64,000 bases of DNA from a virus (lineage: Duplodnaviria > Caudoviricetes): positions 17,710-81,709 of the IMG/VR virus record IMGVR_UViG_3300025735_000004. One strand, given 5' to 3'. The notes under the pieces were generated by a model. The model did not search any database. It worked only from the letters and a program-made list of their open reading frames with translations, and was not told where the DNA came from. The stretch's first letter is position 1. Every line of letters begins with the position of its first letter. Below, in pieces: positions 45,801 through 54,167 of this stretch. Made by a program: the position numbers and the translations under genes.

Positions 45801-46398
45801 CGTGAACTTCCTGATCATCTACGGTGGCCAGGCGTTCTCGATGGGCATGAAACTGGGTATCCCGGAAAGGGCCGCCCAGCAGATCATCGACGGCGTGTTC
45901 GCCGGCTACCCACGGCTCGGCCCGTGGCAGCAGGAAACCATCGCCGAAGCCCGGCGGCAAGGCTACATCACCACGGCGTTTGGCACCCGCAAGCACTGCG
46001 ACCCCAACATTCTCAGCCGTGACGGCTCGCTGCGTTCGCGTGCCGAACGGCAGACGGTCAACCACAAGGTGCAGGGCTGCGCCGCCGACATCCTGAAAAA
46101 GGCCCTGACCAAGGCCCACCACACCCGTCTGTACGAAGAAACCCGCGCCCACCTGATCGCTCCGGTCTACGACGAGCTGACCAACAGCGTGCCGATCGAC
46201 AACGTGTTTGAGTTCGTCGAGCGCGCCCAGGACTGCATGAACATCACCCCGCCAGGGCATGCGATTCCGATGCTGGCCGAGGTGTCGATCGGCCGGAACT
46301 GGGAAGACGCCAGCAAAAACGAACTGGGGGATCGACCGTCGCAACGCAAGGTTGAGGCGCTGTTCGACAAGTGGGCCAAAGAGGGGTTGGTAGCATGA
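42832..46398 (+). CDS. polA: Family A DNA polymerase with fused 5'-3' exonuclease and 3'-5' exonuclease
   Basis: 5' exo: WDGG...YKAKR, EADDVI, DRDL, GDKTD. 3' exo: DYET, HNARFE, YACDDA. Pol: DFSGQELR, RKMAKTVNFLIIYG, NHKVQGCAAD, VYDEL. Confidence 0.95.
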   Translation: MKLNGLALLDVRGLLLHAYHRGTDPDAKLSPLTDKPVNSAGYGLRGFLDTYIIPLLSDFSPLNIIAVWDGGNTFRESLFANYKAKRHAEEKDPAVEAQLKKMFDMAKALLAYAGAFNVRVEGVEADDVIGAFCLHFPEVLKLVHTVDRDLTQLNDDNTTVLVKALPADDFEGYPTRYVRIYKSLVGDKTDEYGGVPQVGPVAFKFLVDTYGWDGIEQLEACVASNDYTFLLEACEATSCKVLRKIYESRSTWRLMYTLAGLHPELLYGAQGRTIIRPEWYVRLPDATKVLDLLTIAGDPSLFEHFAPHMPTMTLVTPENWPQVHAAYVEGLRDTPLASFDYETYDSLGHDWSAALPDSSRGYVDVLSQRLTGGSFTYGSNLQHTFYLPVLHKNTANLDKARLVDLLLDIEEARVDFVAHNARFEALVTKLTLNFQLEGPICTQMLGTYVDENLEQGLKAHARHWLKYDQVEYKELLAQHGARDMRDLTGEQVTHYACDDAFVAARLAVLFFLILKLEQQWDFAYNEDRYTLHPFNDSFETGVQLDYARLDELAAADAEVVKNNTERLHSLLAEHCNQISDIGAEGLKKAEGDNLLRLFIHDKLNRSQAQAKVAEAYERWRLGSVYVPYTETFTPAEFIATEKGFTRVAEKVGLPIVMESVSGKGVTAWLMTSQHHLKQHGSTDPRARMLVELVQAAAGEIRKREGEAFLTLKRFIETEVLHLDGVRVIEGDELNLNSPKQMQMLLYCKLQLPVRLRTFPQKGSRRDELGLEGNPSTNEDAMLAAMAEDCPEGDWRREVLQLLIGTKECMTRQSLYYAKYPHWRHPSTGVVHPGTRNNGTKTRRPAGSSLNILAVSKGPLRSIFLPRYKGHVIVSLDFSGQELRITGSEAKDPVLIQAYTSLPSYLDDDGMLRARFQDIHSVTGCTFAAKVLEQQLGGDILKRLSFNSAGTMDYEQFVSLLKEGEHLYELAGDQALPLGKAIIKIRKMAKTVNFLIIYGGQAFSMGMKLGIPERAAQQIIDGVFAGYPRLGPWQQETIAEARRQGYITTAFGTRKHCDPNILSRDGSLRSRAERQTVNHKVQGCAADILKKALTKAHHTRLYEETRAHLIAPVYDELTNSVPIDNVFEFVERAQDCMNITPPGHAIPMLAEVSIGRNWEDASKNELGDRPSQRKVEALFDKWAKEGLVA

Positions 46399-47675
46399 TC
46401 CAGTTAAACAGTGACCAACGCGGCGGCGTCGACCGCATGCTGGAGTTTGCCGAAAGCGACGATCCGTTCTTCCTGCTCGATGGTCGCGCCGGCACCGGCA
46501 AGTCCACCAGCGCGCAGACCTTCGCCCGCGAGACGGACCAGAGCGTGGTGTTCACCGCGCCGACCAACAAGGCGACCAAGGTGCTCAAGCAGATGTGCGA
46601 GACCGAGCTGCAGGGGCTGGTCCCGTGCCGCACGATCTACTCCCTGCTCGGCCTGCGGATGGACAACAGCGGGGAAGTGCGCAAGGTGCGCGCCGCCGAC
46701 GCCTTCAATCAGGCCCGCAACTACCAGGTGGTGGTGGTCGATGAAGGCTCGATGGCGAACTCGGGGCTGATGTACCACATCGAGCGCACCGCGAAGAACG
46801 AAGGCGTCAAGTTCCTGTTCATGGCCGACATCACCCAACTGCCCCCAGTGGGGGAAGAACGGTCGCTGGTGTTCGACATCGAGAACCGCTGGCAGCTGGA
46901 CAAGGTCGAGCGTCACGACAACCAGATCCTGACCTTCGCCACGCACATGCGCGACTGCATCCTGCACGGCGAGGCCCTTAACCTGTTCAGCGCCAACGAC
47001 GACCGCGGCGGGGTGTACCTGCTCGACTACAAGCGCCTGCGGGCCAAGGCGGTCGATGCGTTCAACAGCGACAGCTACCGCGCCGATCCGGGCTCGATCA
47101 AGGTGATCGCGTGGCGCAACGACACCGTGGCCATGTACAACGGCCTGATCCGCGATGCCATGTACGGCGCCAAGCTGGCCGCCGAGGCACCGTTCCAGCC
47201 GGGCGAACTAGTGGTGGTGTGCCAGCCGATCATGTCCGCCGATGGCAAAGAGACGCTGATGACCACCGACGAAGAGGGCACGGTGTTCTCCATCGACGTG
47301 CAGCAGCACCCGATGTTCAGCGAGCTGACTTGCTACCGGGTCGAAGTCCGCCCGGAAATGGAAGCGCACATGCTGGTGACCTGCTGGGTCATCCACCCCA
47401 GTTCCGAACGGGCCTACAAGCGCCTGCTCAACGAACTGTCGGAGCGCGCCAAGACCGGCAGCGGGGGCTGGCCAGCCTTCTGGAAGGCCAAGGAAGTCAT
47501 CCATGACGTGCGCCCCAGTCACGCCATCACCGCGCACCGCGCACAGGGGTCGACCTACGAGAGTGTGTTTGTGGACTCGGCCGACATCCTGCTCAACCGC
47601 AACTACATCGAATCCTTGCAGGCGCTGAACGTGGCCTGCACCCGTCCACGTCGCATTCTGGCGATCAGCAAATGA
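46395..47675 (+). CDS. Dda/RecD-like superfamily 1 helicase
   Basis: GRAGTGKS, APTNKA, TIYSLL, VDEGSM, QLPPV, AITAHRAQGST, VACTRP. Confidence 0.92.
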   Translation: MIQLNSDQRGGVDRMLEFAESDDPFFLLDGRAGTGKSTSAQTFARETDQSVVFTAPTNKATKVLKQMCETELQGLVPCRTIYSLLGLRMDNSGEVRKVRAADAFNQARNYQVVVVDEGSMANSGLMYHIERTAKNEGVKFLFMADITQLPPVGEERSLVFDIENRWQLDKVERHDNQILTFATHMRDCILHGEALNLFSANDDRGGVYLLDYKRLRAKAVDAFNSDSYRADPGSIKVIAWRNDTVAMYNGLIRDAMYGAKLAAEAPFQPGELVVVCQPIMSADGKETLMTTDEEGTVFSIDVQQHPMFSELTCYRVEVRPEMEAHMLVTCWVIHPSSERAYKRLLNELSERAKTGSGGWPAFWKAKEVIHDVRPSHAITAHRAQGSTYESVFVDSADILLNRNYIESLQALNVACTRPRRILAISK

Positions 47676-48169
47676 AAACTCCCCAAGAGAAAGGCAAGGA
47701 GTTCGAAGAACAGTTTCGGCTGTTCCTCAAGGAGCTGATGCAGAAACACCCACTGGCCAGCGCCCGGTTCTATGACACGCACTCGGCCGGCACCTACCTG
47801 CCGGACCAGCCGGGCGACCTCATCGCCTGCTTCAGGGGGATCTGTCACCTGTTCGAACTCAAGTCGAGCGAGGTGCATAGCAGCCTGACCGGTGGGCTGT
47901 CCAAGCTGCTGGCCAACCACCAGGCCACCCACCTGAAAATCTGGGCGCGAGCCGGCGCCAGTACCCACGTTTTGTTTTGGCAGCAGAGCACCGGGGTGAT
48001 CGAACTGTGGGACGGGGACGCCGTCGCGCACGTCCGCCACGCCCCTCACATGCGCCTCAAGGCCGATGGGATCTGCGACAGCTTCCCGGACTTTGAAGCG
48101 TTCAAGGCTGCCTTTACCGCCTCGCTTTTGCACAACCCGCGGTACACCGCGAAGAAGGTATTCCGATGA
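47672..48169 (+). CDS. PD-(D/E)XK nuclease, RecU-like Holliday junction resolvase
   Basis: GK.FE...PGD...FELKS. Confidence 0.7.
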   Translation: MKTPQEKGKEFEEQFRLFLKELMQKHPLASARFYDTHSAGTYLPDQPGDLIACFRGICHLFELKSSEVHSSLTGGLSKLLANHQATHLKIWARAGASTHVLFWQQSTGVIELWDGDAVAHVRHAPHMRLKADGICDSFPDFEAFKAAFTASLLHNPRYTAKKVFR

Positions 48170-49257
48170 CCGACATCCTTGTCTTCACCGACCCGCACCT
48201 GGGCAAGAATCTGGTGTCCCACACCACCCTGGACAGCCGCCGCCGGTTACGGGATGGGATCTACCAGCACAACAGCGGGCTGCTCGATCGCTTCCCGCAC
48301 GCGATCAAGACCTGCCTGGGCGACCTGTTCGACCGCTTCACCAACCCGGAAGACGTGATCTGGCAGGGGATGAGCCTGGCCGAGCGGGTGGACTACATCA
48401 TGGCTGGCAACCACGACCTGGTGAACGACCGGGGCCGCCTCGGCACCCTGCAGCTGATGGACAAGGCCCGGCCGGGGGTGATCCAACTCACGCCGTTCGG
48501 CGAGGCCCGGGGCTTCCTGCATGACGTGCGCCCCGGGGTGTCCTTCCTGTTCATCCCGCACCACAGCACCGACGATCTGTTCCATGAATCGCTGGCCGCC
48601 GCCGAGAACTGGGTGCGCGGCAAGGTGCCCGGGACCACAGCCTACCTGTGTGTTCACTGCAACTACGACTCCGGCTTTGCCACCGACGACACCGCGCTGT
48701 CACTCAGCCGCAAGCAGGCCAAGCAGCTGCTCGATGCCGGCTTCGATTACATTCTGGTCGGCCACGACCACCACCCCCGGGAAGACTGGGACGGCCGCGT
48801 GGTGATCCTCGGCAACACCCACCCGACCGGCTTCGGCGACATCACCGACAAGCGCGTGATGCTGATCCGCCCGGACGGCAAGCACGAATTCCACCAAGTG
48901 TGGTACCGCGACTCTGGCTACCTGCACCTGGACGTGAACGATCTGGTGGCGCCGGACTTCGACTTTGACGAAGACCGGGGCGCGCAGTTCATCGAAATCA
49001 GCGGCGAGTTGCAGGCCAGCCAGGTGATGGATCTGGCCCGTGCCGTGCGCAAGATTTGGCAGAGCTGGGCACCGCTGGCCGTGCGCAACACCGCCGAGGT
49101 GATCAAGCCAGGCACCGGCGAGACGCTGGCCGACCACGACTTTCACCAGCTGGACATGCAGATCCGCGCCGAGCTGATTAAACGCCCGGAGCTGGTCGAG
49201 CTGTTTGACGCCTTTTGGGCCGAGACCGCGCCCGCCATGCAGGAAGAGGAAGCGTGA
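48166..49257 (+). CDS. SbcD/Mre11-like metallophosphoesterase nuclease
   Basis: DPHLG, GDLFD, GNHD, GHDH; adjacent to the SbcC-like gene. Confidence 0.88.
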   Translation: MTDILVFTDPHLGKNLVSHTTLDSRRRLRDGIYQHNSGLLDRFPHAIKTCLGDLFDRFTNPEDVIWQGMSLAERVDYIMAGNHDLVNDRGRLGTLQLMDKARPGVIQLTPFGEARGFLHDVRPGVSFLFIPHHSTDDLFHESLAAAENWVRGKVPGTTAYLCVHCNYDSGFATDDTALSLSRKQAKQLLDAGFDYILVGHDHHPREDWDGRVVILGNTHPTGFGDITDKRVMLIRPDGKHEFHQVWYRDSGYLHLDVNDLVAPDFDFDEDRGAQFIEISGELQASQVMDLARAVRKIWQSWAPLAVRNTAEVIKPGTGETLADHDFHQLDMQIRAELIKRPELVELFDAFWAETAPAMQEEEA

Positions 49258-49502
49258 TGGTACTGGAAATCAAGCTGCTCAAGACCGAAGCAGAGCGTGT
49301 TGAGGCGCCACCGGGTCGGATCGTCCTTTTGAACGGCGTGCGATACATGGTCTATGGCGTGGCGCACGGAGCCGGGACAAGTCGCCAAGGCGAGGTAGTC
49401 GTCTTTGCCGATATGGACACAGGCCGAATGTTCTACCGGACCCTCGCAAACTTCGCCGACCAGATGGCGTGGAACGTGGTTAAGCAAGAAGGGGAAGCGT
49501 GA
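49257..49502 (+). CDS. DUF1653-like small protein
   Basis: YMVYGVAHGAG...VVF......FYR....F. Confidence 0.6.
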   Translation: MVLEIKLLKTEAERVEAPPGRIVLLNGVRYMVYGVAHGAGTSRQGEVVVFADMDTGRMFYRTLANFADQMAWNVVKQEGEA

Positions 49503-49789
49503 TGAAAATCGACATCATCAGTGGCCCACGGGCCAGCGGCAAAACCACCAAACTGCGCCAACTCACCGAGGCCTACAAGGCGGACGGCAAGGCGGTGCTG
49601 GACATCGGCCCGCACGCGACCCTGGCCTACATCCGCCGCCGGATTGTGCTGGCCAGCCTGCAGGGCTACACCGCGGTGACGCTCGATGACTGCAACGCCG
49701 ACACGCTGAAACGCCTGCGCCGGGCGATCAAGGAAATCGGTGAACGCATGGACATCGACATGACCATCCACGTCGTGGAGGCCGCGTAA
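49502..49789 (+). CDS. Small P-loop-containing protein
   Basis: ISGPRASGKTT, TLDD. Confidence 0.65.
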   Translation: MKIDIISGPRASGKTTKLRQLTEAYKADGKAVLDIGPHATLAYIRRRIVLASLQGYTAVTLDDCNADTLKRLRRAIKEIGERMDIDMTIHVVEAA

Positions 49790-51997
49790 ATGTTAGAGCG
49801 CCTGGAACTCAACAACTTCAAGAAGCATGAGCACCTGGTGCTGGACTTCACCGCTGGGTTGAATGGGGTGACAGGGCCGAACTACCGGGGCAAAACGACC
49901 GTGCTGTACGGGATTCTGTACTGCTTGGGCGGGGCGCGACTGGTCCCCGGTTCACGCCTGCAGACCCGGGGCACCAACAGCGGGTTCAAACAATCGCTGT
50001 GGCTGACCTTCGGCAACATCGGCCGGTACCGGATCGATCGCACCAAGACCGGCGCCACCTTGACCGAGCTGTGCCCGGACGGCACGGAACAGCCGGTGGC
50101 CACCGGCACCACGCCGGTGAATCAGGCGATCGCCCGCCTGCTGGGCATGCCGCTCAAGCGTTTCGCGCAGATCAAGTACGCCAAACAGCGCAAGGCCAGC
50201 GCCCTGCTGGAAGTGGGCAGCACCGAGTTGTTCAAGATCATCACCGAGCTGACCGGGCTGGAGCGGGTCAGTCAGGTGATGGAGCGGGTAGGGGGACAGC
50301 TCAAGGCCTGGAAGCTGCTGCAGGATGAATCGATCCTGACCGACATCGATGAGCAACAGGTGCAGGTGATGAACTGGCTGGGTGAGGAAACCCAGCTGGC
50401 CATCGACCTGGCGCAGCTGAACAGCGAGTTGACCGAGGCGAAGGCTCACCGCACCACCAGCGAAGCCCACGAACGCCGCCTGTCTCAGGCGCAAACCGCC
50501 GTGTTCGGCGCCGTGACTACGCTGCGCCAGGCCGAGCGGGAGGCCACGGCCAGCACGACGGCGCTGGAAGAAGCCCAGCAGCGCCTCGCCGAGTTTCGTG
50601 GACACCCCCTGAACACCGAAACCCTGGTCGACATGGAACTGCGACTCAAGGATCTGCGCGAGCAGGTCGCAGAGGGCAAGCAGGTGCGCTACCGGGTCAA
50701 GTCGTTGCAGCAGGATCTGGAGTCCGCCCAGCTGGAGTTGCAGGCAGCCGTCAGGAAGGCCGCGCCCCTGCGCGACGACCTCAAAGAGCTGCACCGCGAG
50801 GACGAAGTGGATCTGGACGCCCTGCATGCGGCTGCCACGCAGGCCGAGGTCAGCAAACAAACCGCCGGGGAGAAGCTGGAAGCGCTGATCGAGGCCGGCA
50901 AGGATGGCGTGTGCGGTGGGTGTCAACGGCCGTTTGACGCCTTCAACCCGCACGACCACGCCGCGCAGGTGCGCGAGCAGCAAGAGACCTGGCGCGAGAA
51001 AATGGCGGCGGCGCAGCTGGCCAAAGACGCCTTGCAGGCCGAGAACCTTTACCGCAGCAACCGGACCCAGGCCGAGGACGCTTTGCGTCAGGCCGAAAGC
51101 GCCGTCCACACCCATCAGCGAGTCTGCAACCGCCTGAGCGACCAGCTCGATCAGGCGACCCGGGATTCCCTGTCGCTGCCACCCACGGAGGCGATGACTC
51201 CGCAGATCGAGGCGCTGGACGCGCAGATCAGCACCGGCCGGCAGGACGCCCACCGCCAAGCCACGCTGCGTCAGGCGCTGGCCGTGGCCGAGAGCAATGC
51301 CACGCAGCGCAATCAGTGGCTGGCCAATGCCCAAAACGAACTGCACCAGACCGAAATCCAGCACCAGGTGGAAGGGGTCGACCTGCCCACCGCGCTGCGC
51401 ACGCAGCGCGAGAAGGTCGACGCCTGTGATGGCCAGATCCGCCGCCTGCAGGAGCAAATCGGGGTGCTGTCCAACCTCAAGCACGGCTTGCACGAACAGC
51501 GGGTCGCGCTGGAACGCACGCTGGCCACCGTGGTCGAGCGCAATCGCCAGCACGAACAGGCGGCGCAGAAGGTCGGCCTGCTCACCGAACTGCTGGGGCA
51601 CATCCGCAGCAACCGCGATCGCTACAGCAAGCAGGTGTGGGACGTGTTCATGGCCAGCGCCTCGATGTTCGCCAGCAACGCCACCGGTGGGGTCATCGAG
51701 TCGATCAGCCGCGGCGAAGACGGCGCCTTCACCTTCGTCGAGGACGGTTTCGAAATGGAACAGGCCGAAGCCTCGGGCGCCCAGCTGGCGATCATCGGCA
51801 CCGCCGTGCAACTGGCGCTCGATGCCGCTGCGCTGTCGCCGCTGAACCTGGTGCTGATGGATGAACCCACCGCCGACATGGACCCGGAGCGCGCTCTGGC
51901 CTTCAGCACCCTGCTCGCCGGCAGCGGCAAACAGGTGGTGATGGTGACGCACCGGGAAATGGACGGCACCGTATTCGACAACACGCTGGAGATTTGA
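49790..51997 (+). CDS. SbcC/Rad50-like ATPase
   Basis: GPNYRGKTT, coiled coil with CGGC hook, ASGAQ signature, MDEPT, VTH. Confidence 0.92.
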   Translation: MLERLELNNFKKHEHLVLDFTAGLNGVTGPNYRGKTTVLYGILYCLGGARLVPGSRLQTRGTNSGFKQSLWLTFGNIGRYRIDRTKTGATLTELCPDGTEQPVATGTTPVNQAIARLLGMPLKRFAQIKYAKQRKASALLEVGSTELFKIITELTGLERVSQVMERVGGQLKAWKLLQDESILTDIDEQQVQVMNWLGEETQLAIDLAQLNSELTEAKAHRTTSEAHERRLSQAQTAVFGAVTTLRQAEREATASTTALEEAQQRLAEFRGHPLNTETLVDMELRLKDLREQVAEGKQVRYRVKSLQQDLESAQLELQAAVRKAAPLRDDLKELHREDEVDLDALHAAATQAEVSKQTAGEKLEALIEAGKDGVCGGCQRPFDAFNPHDHAAQVREQQETWREKMAAAQLAKDALQAENLYRSNRTQAEDALRQAESAVHTHQRVCNRLSDQLDQATRDSLSLPPTEAMTPQIEALDAQISTGRQDAHRQATLRQALAVAESNATQRNQWLANAQNELHQTEIQHQVEGVDLPTALRTQREKVDACDGQIRRLQEQIGVLSNLKHGLHEQRVALERTLATVVERNRQHEQAAQKVGLLTELLGHIRSNRDRYSKQVWDVFMASASMFASNATGGVIESISRGEDGAFTFVEDGFEMEQAEASGAQLAIIGTAVQLALDAAALSPLNLVLMDEPTADMDPERALAFSTLLAGSGKQVVMVTHREMDGTVFDNTLEI

Positions 51998-51999
51998 CC

Positions 52000-52218
52000 A
52001 TGACCGATGCCGCCGATGCCGCCGGGGACGAACAGGAACTGATCGAGGACTTACTGCTGCGCCAGCACCGGGCAGCCGCCGCCAGGCACCAGAAGGCGAT
52101 GGCGACGTGTACTGGGGAGTGTCTGAACTGCGAGGCGCCCATCACGGAAGGGCGCTATTGCGATGTGGACTGTCGCCTGGACCACGAACGCCGCGTTACA
52201 TCGCAACTACGGCGGTGA
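52000..52218 (+). CDS. TraR/DksA C4 zinc-finger protein
   Basis: D.AD.A N-terminus, CLNC...CDVDC. Confidence 0.8.
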   Translation: MTDAADAAGDEQELIEDLLLRQHRAAAARHQKAMATCTGECLNCEAPITEGRYCDVDCRLDHERRVTSQLRR

Positions 52219-52642
52219 AGTAGCCCGGCGGTACAAAATCCTCGGCGCTCAGGCCGAGGGCTGCTTTGCGTTTGTTGTAGTAGCGCCAGCCGAAGGCCCG
52301 CACGGTGGCATACACCGCGTAACGGGTGGCCCTGTCCATGCCCCGGGCTTCCATGGCCTCCAGAAAGATCGCGTCGGCCTCGGCCCGGCTGTAACGCTGC
52401 GAGCAATACAGCCAGTCATGCAGCACCGCCGGGGCACGCAGCAGCCCGTTGACGTTGAACACCCCACGAAACGGGCGCGGGATCGACGCCAAGTCGGTGA
52501 TAAAGCCCCGGGGCGCAATGATCTTGTCGCCGTTGCGCAGCCCGATCAGCGGGTCAGTCACGACCCACTCATCCGGCACCGGCACCCCGCGTGGGGTGTA
52601 CTCCTGCAAGTTGAGCAGGCTGATGAACTGGAAGGCGCTCAT
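52196..52642 (-). CDS. DUF1353 family protein
   Basis: P.GF.TDLASIPR...AVLHDWLY...R.EAD.IF.EAM. Confidence 0.85.
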   Translation of the reverse strand: MSAFQFISLLNLQEYTPRGVPVPDEWVVTDPLIGLRNGDKIIAPRGFITDLASIPRPFRGVFNVNGLLRAPAVLHDWLYCSQRYSRAEADAIFLEAMEARGMDRATRYAVYATVRAFGWRYYNKRKAALGLSAEDFVPPGYFTAVVAM

Positions 52643-52893
52643 GATTTGTCGACCTTGTCTTCCAGCACCTTGGCTACCACGTCCTCGATCACCTCGCTCG
52701 ACTTGCGCTCATCGCGAAAGATCAGGATCAGCGCGATGACCAGAGCGACCCCCGCCGCCGCCTGCTCCACCGGCACCCCGAGGTAGGCCGACAGGGAGCC
52801 GAAGCCCAAGGCCAGCCCCTGCCAGGTCGACGGCTGATGCAGGTAGCGCACCAGCAGATTCAACAGTTCTTGTCGTGCTTCAGGATTGCCCAT
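52639..52893 (-). CDS. Putative holin
   Basis: PSTW.GL motif, two TM helices, charged C-terminus. Confidence 0.55.
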   Translation of the reverse strand: MGNPEARQELLNLLVRYLHQPSTWQGLALGFGSLSAYLGVPVEQAAAGVALVIALILIFRDERKSSEVIEDVVAKVLEDKVDKS

Positions 52894-53260
52894 ACCCACC
52901 CCCCCGTTGGTTCGCCCCAGTCTTTCCCGACTTCAACATCATTTCGATCACCGCCTGCTGCACCTGCAGGGACCGGATCTTGTCGTTGAGCTTTTCCAGC
53001 TCACTCTGCAACTGTTCCCGCGACGTGTAGTCCTTGGTCAGGGAAGCGATCGCCAGCTTGGCTGCCGCCTGTTCGTTCTCGATTGATTCCAGCTTCTGGT
53101 TGGTGGTCGCCATGTGCAGCGCGAGTGTGGGGGCTTGCTTGACCAGGTCCTGAATGCTGCTCAGGAACCCGACCAAAATGGCGACACACAGCGCACTGCA
53201 CACGGCCGTGACAACCCGGGCCAGTCGCGAATACCCCGCTCGGCGTTCTTCAATTGTCAT
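52880..53260 (-). CDS. Membrane-anchored coiled-coil protein (lysis-cassette-like)
   Basis: One TM helix, then coiled coil; gggag RBS. Confidence 0.55.
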   Translation of the reverse strand: MTIEERRAGYSRLARVVTAVCSALCVAILVGFLSSIQDLVKQAPTLALHMATTNQKLESIENEQAAAKLAIASLTKDYTSREQLQSELEKLNDKIRSLQVQQAVIEMMLKSGKTGANQRGGGYGQS

Positions 53261-53276
53261 AGGCACTCCCCTTTGG

Positions 53277-54164
53277 TCACATCAACACAATCATTCGAGG
53301 TTGCTGGGTCACGGCAACGGCTGTACTGAAGGCGACTTCGACCACCATCTGGCTGAGCCGGCCGGCGATCGGGGCGCTGATCGCCACTTCGGTGACCATT
53401 TGCGACACCCTGGCCTGGGCGACGGTATGCAAGGCAACCTCGGAAACTACCTGCGAAATCCTGGCAGGGGCCACAGTGGCAAGGGCGGCCTCGCTGACCA
53501 CCTGCGATACGCTGACCGTGTCTGCGGTATTGGTGGTTAGCGGTGCGGTGTCGCCGTTGGTGCCGACGCTGAACCAGTCAATGTCGCGGGTGCCGGTCGG
53601 GTTGTTGTTGCCGATCCCGACCCAGCCGGCGGCCGATACGGCGGAATCGGTGGCGGTGACGCTCCAGGTGGTCGGCTCAACCTGCCCGTCTTTCCAGACC
53701 CGTGCCTGCAAAGTGGTGCTATTGACGCGAAAACGGATGTAGTACCAGGTGTTCGCGACAGGGATGAAAGAAACGGCGGTGCCCAGGAGGGAGTTGACGC
53801 CCGCCACGAATTTTTGCAGCTGGTAGGTCTGACCGCTGGTGTCGAACTTGAGGCTGTAACCGTTCTCGGCAGCCGCTGCACCTGACCCCCTAACGGTGGG
53901 GAACGGCAGTTCGACCGAACTGCCGCTGGGCCGCACCCGCGCCAGAATCTCGACGTTGGCCCGGTTGGCGTCCGCGTCGATCGAGTCCCAGGTCACCAGG
54001 TGCCTGGCGGTGCCGGTGCCGGTGTTCTCCAGCACCTTGCCGCCTTCGGTGCTGGCCTTACTGCGCGTCAGCCAGTTGGTGGTTGTGGTGACCCAGCGCG
54101 CGGTCCAGTCGGACGGCTGCACATCCGCCGTATACGAGTCGAAGCTGGTCGAGTAGGTGGTCAT
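53277..54164 (-). CDS. Tail-associated protein with lectin/LamG-like beta domain
   Basis: WYYIRFRV...ARVW.DG..EP..W pattern; short C-terminal SQ.V.E repeats. Confidence 0.6.
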   Translation of the reverse strand: MTTYSTSFDSYTADVQPSDWTARWVTTTTNWLTRSKASTEGGKVLENTGTGTARHLVTWDSIDADANRANVEILARVRPSGSSVELPFPTVRGSGAAAAENGYSLKFDTSGQTYQLQKFVAGVNSLLGTAVSFIPVANTWYYIRFRVNSTTLQARVWKDGQVEPTTWSVTATDSAVSAAGWVGIGNNNPTGTRDIDWFSVGTNGDTAPLTTNTADTVSVSQVVSEAALATVAPARISQVVSEVALHTVAQARVSQMVTEVAISAPIAGRLSQMVVEVAFSTAVAVTQQPRMIVLM

Positions 54165-54167
54165 GGG

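Noticed and set aside
49952-51952. 666-aa minus-strand ORF
   Set aside because: Antisense shadow of the SbcC-like gene.
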